From positions 64,001 to 128,000 of the forward strand of contig JBGPGO010000005.1 in assembly GCA_041483895.1 (NCBI GenBank): 64,000 nucleotides of DNA, given 5' to 3'. Position 1 is the stretch's first letter. Each line of letters opens with the position of its first letter. The notes under the pieces were generated by a model that worked only from the letters and a program-made list of their open reading frames with translations, ran no database searches and had not been told where the DNA came from. This document shows, piece after piece, positions 17,663-26,581 of the stretch. The DNA comes from Fimbriimonadia bacterium. GTDB taxonomy: Bacteria; Armatimonadota; Fimbriimonadia; Fimbriimonadales; JABRVX01. The translations under genes were made by a program, and so were the position numbers.

Positions 17663-20026
17663 TCATTTCCCCGGATACGGCACAGTCGGTCTCCGCACAC
17701 CGCTTGGCGTGAATGCGCCGGCGGTCAGCAATATGGCGTCCAGGGACGCCTGGTAGTAGGCGCCGGGAGCCCCGCGAACGGCAATGGTTAGCGTAGTTCT
17801 TCCCTTGGAAAGTGCAACCGTGCCTGCGTCGTACCAGGCGAAGCTGCCGCCGTACAATGAGAGCGGTTCGGAATTCACCGGTATCGGCGGGGAGGTCCCG
17901 ATCGAAACCTCGAAGTGGAGCGTGCCCTCCTCCGGAAGGCTGCCGGCAATGAGAAGCCGCAACGTCGTGTTGTCCGGCACGTTGATCGAGTAACTGGCCT
18001 TGTACGCTCCATCGAGCGGTTCGAACGGCGTATCGACCGCGAGGTACTTCCCGTCGCTTGCCGCCGCTGAACTCGCGGAAAATCCAAACGTCGTGCTGGA
18101 AGGGTTCTCCGCTTCGATCCAGAGGTACTTTCCGATGCGGGAAACAATCTTTTGGTACACGTTTCGAAGGATGGCGAATGCGTTCCCAGGGTTGCGGGCG
18201 AAGCCGTCGCGCGCCATATCCACATCGAGCTTCAGATCGGAAAAATCGACTCCCATGGCGGAGTCCAGCTTGAAGTACTCCTTGATTGCGTCGTCCGTCT
18301 GCCGATAAACGGCATCCGGCACCGGCAGATCATCCGCGGAGAGGAACAGTGTCGGAAGCTCCCCAATAACGAGGCTCATGCCATCTTTTTTCAGCTTCGG
18401 AGTGACCGGCTGGCGATCCCACGTCGCCACGCGCACAGTTTCCGGATTTGCAAATCTTAGGAACACATCCTGCGCACCCTTGAGCGACCAGAGAGCCACC
18501 ATCGTTCCGGCGCCGGTGTTGATACGATAGGCCTCAAACGATTCGCCGTAATCCATTCGTGTGCCAACACGGGGACTCGGAACCCACCAAACGCCGCTTG
18601 GGAGTTGCATCACGTTGGCCGGAGTCGTTGCGCTTTCGGGGAATTCCAGCGTCTTCGCTTTCTGATCGTATGGCGGGACCTTCGCGGCAGCCAACTTCGC
18701 CATCGTCGGAGTTTCGAGTCCGACGCGAACGAAGAATCCCTTTATGCCGAGGGAAGCGAGGGTGGCGATGTCAGCGCTGGGATCCTGATCGGCGCCAAAA
18801 GCCGTGCCGGCGCGGTCCACGGCAACATCGGTGGCGACGAGCCAAGGCGCAGAGTCCCAGGTGAGCGAAGCGCCGACAGCCGGCGCTCCCCAGAAATCAG
18901 CAACTTTTGCGCCGACGCCGATTGCCTGCACACCGATGCCATCGCCTGCAGCAGTCTTTCCCTGGCTTACTATCGACCAGTTTTTCCAAGTAAACAGGAC
19001 CGGCACATCGACAACGCGATGGATGGCGCGGGCGAGGTTGCCGGCCCGCTCCGCGGCTACGGATTTTAGATACGCTTCGAAGTCATCCCAATACTTCGAT
19101 CCCTTGCCGGAAGGAAGAAGCAGATCGGTGGCCGGATTCCAGAGCATCTGCAGACCGCGGCCCTCCGCATAGAGCGGAACCAATTTAGCGGCCTCCCGAA
19201 ACGAGGGGGGATCCCGATCCATCCTCCAGGCTTGTGACAACTTATCTACTGTTCCATAGGTCCGCTTGAGATACCGTTCGAATTCCAATCGGAACAGCGC
19301 GGATTCCGGCACGAATCGGCGGTTGAAGTCGTACCACTTGTCAACCCGTCCCAGCGGATCGACAATTCCGCGCAGTCCGGGTCCCAGCTTCGCGGCCCGG
19401 AGCTTGGCGAGCATCTGGTCCCGCCAGGTGTCGTACCCTTCCCAATAGTCGATCAGATTGCCCTGCCTTGAATGCGGAAAAAGCAGCACGACATATTCGC
19501 CGGTTCGCTTTGGCTTGACGGAAAAGCTGATCTGTCCCTCTTCCACCCGCGCCCTGCCGGACATCTCCGCTGTGCCGGTTTCCGCATCAACGAGGGTCCA
19601 AAAAGCGCTATCCGCTGCGGGAAGGCGCAGCTTCAAATCGACGGGGCCTTTGATGCCCGCGACTCGATAGGACTGGGGCATGATGTAATTTCCCGTGCAA
19701 AGCGGCGCGGATGCTTCCGGTTCGAGGCAATACGTGACCTTCGCCAGTTCAGCGGCGTCCACAATCGGCTGCAGCGGCTGGTCCATTCTGTACCCCATCA
19801 GCGCGCTGCTGATCCCATGTCCCACGGCCAGACCCAATTTGCCATAGTCTTGACTGGCAACGATCGGTCCCAGTGGAATCCAAGGATTTCCATCCCAGAT
19901 GAGGCAGTTTTCCGCCGAAACGCGCCAACTATGCTTGGATCCCGCTGATTCGACGTATTCGCCTCTTATTTGAGAGAACACACCGGTTGTTAAAACAATG
20001 CCGGCACAAATGCCAATAAAACGCAT
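17663..20026 (-). CDS. Large secreted hypothetical protein, possible glycoside-hydrolase-like barrel + C-terminal carbohydrate-binding-like domain
   Basis: Signal peptide; LIWDGNPWIPLG, FERYLKRTYGTVDKLSQAW, C-terminal WIEAE...LDAILLT. Confidence 0.6.
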   Translation of the reverse strand: MRFIGICAGIVLTTGVFSQIRGEYVESAGSKHSWRVSAENCLIWDGNPWIPLGPIVASQDYGKLGLAVGHGISSALMGYRMDQPLQPIVDAAELAKVTYCLEPEASAPLCTGNYIMPQSYRVAGIKGPVDLKLRLPAADSAFWTLVDAETGTAEMSGRARVEEGQISFSVKPKRTGEYVVLLFPHSRQGNLIDYWEGYDTWRDQMLAKLRAAKLGPGLRGIVDPLGRVDKWYDFNRRFVPESALFRLEFERYLKRTYGTVDKLSQAWRMDRDPPSFREAAKLVPLYAEGRGLQMLWNPATDLLLPSGKGSKYWDDFEAYLKSVAAERAGNLARAIHRVVDVPVLFTWKNWSIVSQGKTAAGDGIGVQAIGVGAKVADFWGAPAVGASLTWDSAPWLVATDVAVDRAGTAFGADQDPSADIATLASLGIKGFFVRVGLETPTMAKLAAAKVPPYDQKAKTLEFPESATTPANVMQLPSGVWWVPSPRVGTRMDYGESFEAYRINTGAGTMVALWSLKGAQDVFLRFANPETVRVATWDRQPVTPKLKKDGMSLVIGELPTLFLSADDLPVPDAVYRQTDDAIKEYFKLDSAMGVDFSDLKLDVDMARDGFARNPGNAFAILRNVYQKIVSRIGKYLWIEAENPSSTTFGFSASSAAASDGKYLAVDTPFEPLDGAYKASYSINVPDNTTLRLLIAGSLPEEGTLHFEVSIGTSPPIPVNSEPLSLYGGSFAWYDAGTVALSKGRTTLTIAVRGAPGAYYQASLDAILLTAGAFTPSGVRRPTVPYPGK

Positions 20027-20255
20027 AGCTATCACTTCTCCATCCTTCGCAAATGGCCCTCCTACCCGGCAATACCAAGGAGATGGGCCAATTATGGTGC
20101 AAAAGTACCTTGTGGGTGAACCAAACCCGTAGGGCGCCGTATAAGATTACAGACAAAATACCGGTAGGCGGCGTCTGGCAAATATGGACCAAACAGATTT
20201 GGGACGCCGTAAATCGGCCTGTCCCTTTCCGTCTGATTGGAAATGGGAGGTAAGG

Positions 20256-21299
20256 ATGAGGCTGCGTTGTTTGATTGTTGGGGTGAGTTGTGCACTTTTT
20301 GTGGGAGGAGCTGCGCAATCAGTTCACTTTACAAAGCCCACGGACGGCAGTTGTGTGGGCACGTTCGTGCAGATTTGCTTCCAGGCAAATGCCACGCCTG
20401 CATTTCGTCTGACAGTTGCCGATGATATGGGGCACGTCCTATTCAATCAGTTTTACGCGTCGAATCCGGGTGAGGTCTGTATCGGATATGAGCCGTTTGC
20501 GCTTGGCGTGCCGGATGGATTTCATACCGTCATTGTTACCCTACTAAAGAACGGCGTCAAATATCAGGATACGCTGCCATTGAAAATTGACAGCACCCCT
20601 CCGAATCCCGCCGTGACTTCGCCGCTAGGTGGGGCGTTTGTCAGTGGCCTAGTACCCATCACCGGCAAGGTCAATGATAATCTCACTGATGGCCTCGAAA
20701 CATGGCTCGTGTTTGTTGACGGACAGGCAATCGCCGCAGGTACAGGCGATGATGTTCTCGCCTATTGGAACTCCGTCGGGCTTATTGGTGGCAGTTCCCA
20801 TTCGATTTCCATCGTCGCAACCGATTGCAGCGGCAATACAAACACATCCGATCCGATCAATGTAACATTGGCGGCCACTATCACAGGCACGCTGGAGCTG
20901 GATACATGGGTCGGTCCGTTTGAATGGGTGTGGATGAACGTAGTCGTTCGCGACGGTGATCTGGAACTCGACAATCAGATCGTTCCAGTCGATTCTACCG
21001 GTCGATTCACCGTATTAACGGAGGCTATAGGGAGCCACAAGGTTATCTTCAAGCCAAGTCATTGGCTTTCCGTGAAAGAAGACAACATCGACCTATACGG
21101 TGTGGTGGAAAGAGATCTTTATTTCCCGGTAAATGGCGACTGCAGCCTTAGCAATCTGATCGATATCATCGACATCAACATGATCTTCGTCAACTTTGGT
21201 CAACCGGATATTGATAGTGATCTGAATGGCAGCGGTCACACCGACGTCTACGATCTAAACATGGTATTTATCAACTTCTCGCTTGCCGGCGAAGAATAA
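20256..21299 (+). CDS. Secreted Ig-like domain protein with C-terminal Ig-like + dockerin-like module
   Basis: Signal peptide; IDSTPP..VTSPLGG..ATDCSGN Big-like; SHWLS...NGDCS...DLNGSG...FSLAGEE. Confidence 0.8.
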   Translation: MRLRCLIVGVSCALFVGGAAQSVHFTKPTDGSCVGTFVQICFQANATPAFRLTVADDMGHVLFNQFYASNPGEVCIGYEPFALGVPDGFHTVIVTLLKNGVKYQDTLPLKIDSTPPNPAVTSPLGGAFVSGLVPITGKVNDNLTDGLETWLVFVDGQAIAAGTGDDVLAYWNSVGLIGGSSHSISIVATDCSGNTNTSDPINVTLAATITGTLELDTWVGPFEWVWMNVVVRDGDLELDNQIVPVDSTGRFTVLTEAIGSHKVIFKPSHWLSVKEDNIDLYGVVERDLYFPVNGDCSLSNLIDIIDINMIFVNFGQPDIDSDLNGSGHTDVYDLNMVFINFSLAGEE

Positions 21300-21359
21300 C
21301 TTGTAGTATCATGATCCGTGCAAATTCGAGTTCTGTTCGTGCCGGGTGCCATGAGGTGA

Positions 21360-23441
21360 CTAAGCAACCTCCGCCAACCCCCACGCTGTCCTGACTTTCT
21401 TCAATTGAACCATCGCCGCATCCAGCTCTTGCGGCGTGGCGGTCTCGAGGAAGTGCTGCGCCTGTTTGCGCGCCTCTTCCATCACCTTCTTGTCCTCGAT
21501 CAGATCGCCAAACCGGAAGTCGGGCAGCCCGGCCTGCTTCGTTCCATATATTTCGCCCGGACCGCGAAGTCGCAGGTCCTCCTCGGCAATCAGGAATCCG
21601 TCGTTCGTCTTGGTCAATATCTCCATCCGCTCGGCGCCCTTCTGATCGGGGGCATCGGCGACAAGCACACAATACGCCTGATGCTCGGCGCGGCCGACGC
21701 GCCCACGGAGCTGATGCAGTTGCGAGAGGCCGAATCGCTGCGCATCCTCGATAACGATGACGCCCGCATTGGGCACATCAACGCCGACCTCAACAACGGT
21801 CGTGGCCACTAAAACATCTAACTTTCCTTCGCGAAACTTATACATAACCTCATCTTTCTCATCAGATCGCATCTGGCCATGGAGGAGCCCAATCTGCAAA
21901 TCCGGGAGGATGTCCTGCTGAAGCTGCTTATACATTTTCTCCGCCGCTTTGGCCTGCAGCTTCTCGGATTCCATAACGAGCGGGCAAATCACATAGGCCT
22001 GGCGGCCCTTTTCGTGCAAGGCCCGCACCCCGTTATAGACGTTCGGCCGCTCCCCCGGGCGCTTCCAATGGGTAATCACCGGGCGGCGGCCCGGCGGCAT
22101 CTCATCGATGACGGAAAGTTGTAGGTCGCCGTACAGGGTCATGGTCAGAGTGCGAGGGATCGGTGTCGCGGTCATCACGAGCACATCGGCTTGGATTCCC
22201 TTCTGGATCAGCGCCGCTCTTTGCAGCACCCCAAATCGGTGTTGTTCGTCGATAATCACCAGGCCGAGATTCTTGAATTCCACGGTCTCCTGTATCAATG
22301 CGTGCGTCCCAATCGCCACCTGCACGTCGCCCGCCTGTATCCTCGCACGCGTTTCGTTCTTTTGCTGCGCGGTCATCCGGCCAAGTAACAGTTCGATAGT
22401 GACCCCGGCAGGTGTCAACAGAGAGCTGATAACTTTGAAGTGCTGCTCCGCCAAAATCTCCGTCGGCGCCATCAGCGCGCACTGGTAGCCGGACTTTGCG
22501 GCTGCCAACAAGGCGGACGCAGCGACCGCGGTCTTGCCGGAACCAACATCCCCTTGCAACAGCCGGTTCATCGGTTTGTCGGCCCGCATGTCAGAGTAGA
22601 TCTCCTCAATCACCCGCCTTTGCGCGCGGGTCAATTCGAACGGCATCATCGTGGCGGCCTCGTCAACGAAGCCCGATGGGATCGCAAACCCGATTCCCAA
22701 CTGGCGATCGTTTTCCGCCCGCCGCATGGCAAGCATAAACTGAAGATAAAAGAACTCCTCAAAAACAAATCGCCGCCGCGCCGCCACCTGCGAGGATTCG
22801 CTGTCCGGAAAATGCGCCTGTTGGATGCACCACCGGATGGGCCGGAATCCCACTCGCTTGGCAACCGAACCCGGCAGCGTTTCCTCGGCGAGCCGCGCAT
22901 ACTTCATGACCGCTTCGTGAACAATCGTCCGCAACCGACGCTGCGTCAGCCCTTCCGTCAGCCCATACACCGGAACGATGCGCCCCGCAGCCAATGAATC
23001 CTTCTCATCGTCCAGCTCCTCCCATTCCGGATTCTGGAACTCCAGCCCAAACCGGCCCTCCAACGGCAGGCCATGCAGGACGACATCTTTTTTCAGTTTT
23101 TTGAAAGTCTCGCGCAGAAACGGCTGGTTGAAAAACGTGAGGGTCGCGGTGCCGTTCCCATCGTCGATATATGCCTTGGTGAGGGTCAATTTTCCGCGGG
23201 TCTTCACGTTTTCCACGCCGATGATTCGGCCCCGAATCGTCGCCACCTCGCCGCTGTTCAGTTCCCGAATGGCAGTAAATTTCGTGCGGTCCTCATGCCG
23301 CTTCGGCAGAGTGAAAAGCAGGTCGCCAACGGTGCGGATGCCGAGCTTGACGAGCTTTGCCGCGAGCGCCGGTCCGACGCCCTTGACATACATCACTTCG
23401 GTATCTAGCGAATATCGGTGGCCTTCGGCTACTTCCGTCAC
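21360..23441 (-). CDS. recG: ATP-dependent DNA helicase RecG
   Basis: RLLQGDVGSGKT, DEQHRFG, MTATPIPRT, QLHQLRGRVGR, DLRLRGPGE. Confidence 0.97.
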   Translation of the reverse strand: MTEVAEGHRYSLDTEVMYVKGVGPALAAKLVKLGIRTVGDLLFTLPKRHEDRTKFTAIRELNSGEVATIRGRIIGVENVKTRGKLTLTKAYIDDGNGTATLTFFNQPFLRETFKKLKKDVVLHGLPLEGRFGLEFQNPEWEELDDEKDSLAAGRIVPVYGLTEGLTQRRLRTIVHEAVMKYARLAEETLPGSVAKRVGFRPIRWCIQQAHFPDSESSQVAARRRFVFEEFFYLQFMLAMRRAENDRQLGIGFAIPSGFVDEAATMMPFELTRAQRRVIEEIYSDMRADKPMNRLLQGDVGSGKTAVAASALLAAAKSGYQCALMAPTEILAEQHFKVISSLLTPAGVTIELLLGRMTAQQKNETRARIQAGDVQVAIGTHALIQETVEFKNLGLVIIDEQHRFGVLQRAALIQKGIQADVLVMTATPIPRTLTMTLYGDLQLSVIDEMPPGRRPVITHWKRPGERPNVYNGVRALHEKGRQAYVICPLVMESEKLQAKAAEKMYKQLQQDILPDLQIGLLHGQMRSDEKDEVMYKFREGKLDVLVATTVVEVGVDVPNAGVIVIEDAQRFGLSQLHQLRGRVGRAEHQAYCVLVADAPDQKGAERMEILTKTNDGFLIAEEDLRLRGPGEIYGTKQAGLPDFRFGDLIEDKKVMEEARKQAQHFLETATPQELDAAMVQLKKVRTAWGLAEVA

Positions 23442-23451
23442 GAGTCAGAGT

Positions 23452-23799
23452 CTACATATTTCCCGGCAACGGTTCTACTGTTACGGCCGTTCCGTATGCG
23501 AGTACTTCCGCGACGCCGGAGGCTATTTCATTGGCGTCGTACCGCATGCCGATCACGGCGTTCGCCCCCAATTCCGATGCATGGCGCAGCATGATGTCGA
23601 ACGCTTCCTGCCGCGAATGCTCGCAAAGCTCGGTGTACAGTGTGATGTTTCCGCCGAACATGGTTTGAATCCCGGCTCCAATTTGCCCAAACATCGAGCG
23701 GGACCGTACGGTAATGCCGCGGACCAAACCGACGTACCGGACGACTCGATAGCCTGGAATCTCAAATGATGTGGAAATCAGTGGTTGTCTGGATTGCAT
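23452..23799 (-). CDS. ybjQ: YbjQ/UPF0145 family protein
   Basis: GLVRGITVRSRS, ELGANAVIGMRYD, EVLAYGTAV. Confidence 0.9.
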   Translation of the reverse strand: MQSRQPLISTSFEIPGYRVVRYVGLVRGITVRSRSMFGQIGAGIQTMFGGNITLYTELCEHSRQEAFDIMLRHASELGANAVIGMRYDANEIASGVAEVLAYGTAVTVEPLPGNM

Positions 23800-23835
23800 A
23801 TCTCGGAAATTCAACTTGCAAACCGGCGGGTCCTG

Positions 23836-24975
23836 CTAAATCACGGTTGTCTCGATGGCAAGATTGGGGTCGGCGAAGCGTTCCAGACGGAAAGTGGAGA
23901 TGTCGAACGAGGATTGCCCTTCCAAAACAAGCTCCGCCATGATCTTCCCGATCATCGGCGCAAGCATGAATCCATGGCCGGAAAAGCCCACCGCAACGTG
24001 CAAACCGCGCGGATTGTCAAAGGACTGGAAGATTGGCCGGTGATCGGGAGACATATCGTACGTGCCGGCCCATTGACGGACCACATGGACGTCTCGCAGG
24101 CAGGGGAAAAGGTCCAGCACCTTTCGGGCCGCCAGCTCAGCGTAGGAGAAGGTGGAGGACCAGCTCATCGTCTCCTCTTCCGCCTCGCCATCATGGCATT
24201 CGGCGACGAACTCCCCACGCAGGGTTTGGAACATAGAATGGCCGCGCAGGGAGACCGTCATCACGCGAACAAACGGACGGAGCGGCTCCGTAACCAAGAC
24301 CTCCCGCCGAACCGGAACGACCGGCATTTCGATGCCAAACTGCTTCAGGAGTCCCGGCGTATGCATTCCCGCGACGCAGACAACATGATTCGTCTCTATC
24401 AATCCGTCGCTGGTCTGAACTCCTTGGACCTCACCGCCCGACGCCAAGATCTGCTCAACCGAAATGAAGGTTCTGATATCCGCGCCTTGATGCCGCGCCT
24501 TCTCCGCAAAACCCTCCGTGACGGCGAAATGGACCGCGTTGCCATCCTTCTTGTTATAGCAGCCACCTACAATTCCCGCGCAGTTCATGGCAGGCGACAG
24601 CTCTTGGACCTCTTCTTTGGTCACCATCCGGCTCTGCACGCCATGCTGGTTCTGGATGCGGGAATTGCGCTCAAACATGGCAAGGTCCTGGTCGTCAAAA
24701 GCGAGGAAAAGATAGCCGTCCTGCTTGAAGAGAGGATCGAAGCCAAGTTCGGATCCCAGGCGTTCGTACATTTTCTCCGCAGCCAGGGCCAGGCGGATGT
24801 CCGGTTCGTTGGCAAACTGCGCGCGAATGCCTCCCAAGCAGCGCCCCGTCGCGCCGGAACTCAGATAGCTCTTTTCCAGCAAGACAACGTTGCGCATGCC
24901 GAGCTTCGTCAGCCAATACGCGGTCGATAATCCGGAGGAGCCGCCGCCGATGATCACCGCGTCTGCACGCGTCAC
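23836..24975 (-). CDS. FAD-dependent oxidoreductase (sarcosine oxidase beta / dye-linked proline dehydrogenase beta-like)
   Basis: IIGGGSSG, SGATGRC, RQWAG.YDMSPD..P, GFSGHGFMLAP; GTG start overlaps upstream TGA. Confidence 0.85.
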   Translation of the reverse strand: MTRADAVIIGGGSSGLSTAYWLTKLGMRNVVLLEKSYLSSGATGRCLGGIRAQFANEPDIRLALAAEKMYERLGSELGFDPLFKQDGYLFLAFDDQDLAMFERNSRIQNQHGVQSRMVTKEEVQELSPAMNCAGIVGGCYNKKDGNAVHFAVTEGFAEKARHQGADIRTFISVEQILASGGEVQGVQTSDGLIETNHVVCVAGMHTPGLLKQFGIEMPVVPVRREVLVTEPLRPFVRVMTVSLRGHSMFQTLRGEFVAECHDGEAEEETMSWSSTFSYAELAARKVLDLFPCLRDVHVVRQWAGTYDMSPDHRPIFQSFDNPRGLHVAVGFSGHGFMLAPMIGKIMAELVLEGQSSFDISTFRLERFADPNLAIETTVI

Positions 24976-26513
24976 TCCTCCGCCTCCGCCGCCAAAGCAC
25001 CCAGGGTCACCGGAAGTAGCGGTGGCCGCTGGGTGGTGAGAGGGGTCTTTTCGAGCGGTGTTCCGCAGGTTGCGGCGGTCAAACATCGCGCGCGATGCAG
25101 GCAGTATTTGCCCTGGCAGACTCCCATGGAGAGGCTCGTAAACCGCTTGGCCGATTCGATGTCTGGATAGTCGTGCGTCAGGGCGTGTACAAACTCTTCC
25201 TCCGTCACGTCTTCGCAGGCGCATAACATAACTCCCGCGATGCCCCCGACCGTAGGCGCAGCGACCTCAATTGTCGCTGGGGCTGGCAGCCAGGGCAGCA
25301 GCTCGCCGGCCAACGCCTCCGCGACCGCCGCCCCGGTTGCCTCGCCTCGAGCCATCGCGGTTTGGTGGTCGCAGTTGCCGGTCGCTTTGCCGGTCACGAA
25401 AACGTCCGGCCTTGAAGTTACGCCTGCCTCGTCAACGCGCGCCACCATTGCGCCGTTTTTGTCCACCGTCATGGCAAGGCCCAAGACGGACTGCAGCTCG
25501 TAGGTCGGAATGGACCCGCCGCAGACCACCGCTTCTCCCGGTCCCGGCGGCCGTGGCTCACCGATTTCGACAGCGTAGATGCCGGATGCCACCAGAGACT
25601 TGACCAGCCCCGGCGACCCAAAGACGGCCACGGAGTCAGCGGGCGCCACGCCCCAGCCGTTCACCATGCGCAGAATCGCCCGCTCGCCAAACACGCCAAG
25701 ACTGTCATTTCCCGCAAACGGCGGCAGATTGTCGTACCCGCCGGTGGCGATCACAGTGATTTGCGCCCGATATTTTTCGATGCCTCCGGCGACTGACGCG
25801 GCGATCACCCCATTGTCGATGGCGATCACCTGGCGGCCCAACAGCAGTTCCACGCCGCGACTATCCGAGAACCGGCGGACTAGCTCGGGGCCGCCATCGC
25901 GGGGATCGAAACGCGCGGTACCGCCCGGCTCTTGCCGATCGTCCAGCACAACAACGGTTGAACCGGACTCGGCGGCCTTGCGACCACAAGCCAACCCCGC
26001 CACGCCTCCCCCGATGATGAGGACATCGACCTCCCGAATCTCTCTCGCCGCCGATGGCTGGAACGGTTCCAGGGTAGGCTCAACCTTGCCATATCCGCCT
26101 TGCGCGGTAAGGAACTTGTGAAAAAAGCCCTTTAGGAATCGGGGCCGAATGAACATCCGATATTGAAATCCGTGGGGCAGCAGGCCGGCAACCGCCCCCA
26201 GCCAGCGGCCCAGATCCCACTCCGCCGAAGGCCATCCACGCTGGGTCCGAACCTCCATTCCCGGCCGCAGCGGTTCCGTGCACGAGCGCACGTTGACGCG
26301 GCCATCAACATTCAGACAGCACTGCCCGCATCGGCCCACGGCGCAGCGAACACCCCTGGCATTCCGGAATTTCAGGCTCCGATGGAGCGAATGCACGCCG
26401 TTTGCCAGCAACGCCGCCGCAATCGGCTCGCCTTCGTAGCCTAGAAGGGTTCTTCCATTGAATGTGAATTCGACAACAGGGCGGTTGGGATCGGAGTGCA
26501 GGCGGTCAGGCAT
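24972..26513 (-). CDS. 2Fe-2S/FAD/BFD oxidoreductase (sarcosine oxidase alpha / proline dehydrogenase alpha-like)
   Basis: CAVGRCGQC..C 2Fe-2S, IIGGGVAG, CACEDV...GVCQGKYC..TTQRPP. Confidence 0.85.
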   Translation of the reverse strand: MPDRLHSDPNRPVVEFTFNGRTLLGYEGEPIAAALLANGVHSLHRSLKFRNARGVRCAVGRCGQCCLNVDGRVNVRSCTEPLRPGMEVRTQRGWPSAEWDLGRWLGAVAGLLPHGFQYRMFIRPRFLKGFFHKFLTAQGGYGKVEPTLEPFQPSAAREIREVDVLIIGGGVAGLACGRKAAESGSTVVVLDDRQEPGGTARFDPRDGGPELVRRFSDSRGVELLLGRQVIAIDNGVIAASVAGGIEKYRAQITVIATGGYDNLPPFAGNDSLGVFGERAILRMVNGWGVAPADSVAVFGSPGLVKSLVASGIYAVEIGEPRPPGPGEAVVCGGSIPTYELQSVLGLAMTVDKNGAMVARVDEAGVTSRPDVFVTGKATGNCDHQTAMARGEATGAAVAEALAGELLPWLPAPATIEVAAPTVGGIAGVMLCACEDVTEEEFVHALTHDYPDIESAKRFTSLSMGVCQGKYCLHRARCLTAATCGTPLEKTPLTTQRPPLLPVTLGALAAEAEE

Positions 26514-26581
26514 GGCGATTATTAAGTATACAACGAGCGGCGCACGGAAGGACCGGCACAGTTGTCGGTGAAATCAATGGC

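Noticed and set aside
23785..24930. 381-aa plus-strand ORF
   Set aside because: Antisense shadow of the FAD oxidoreductase
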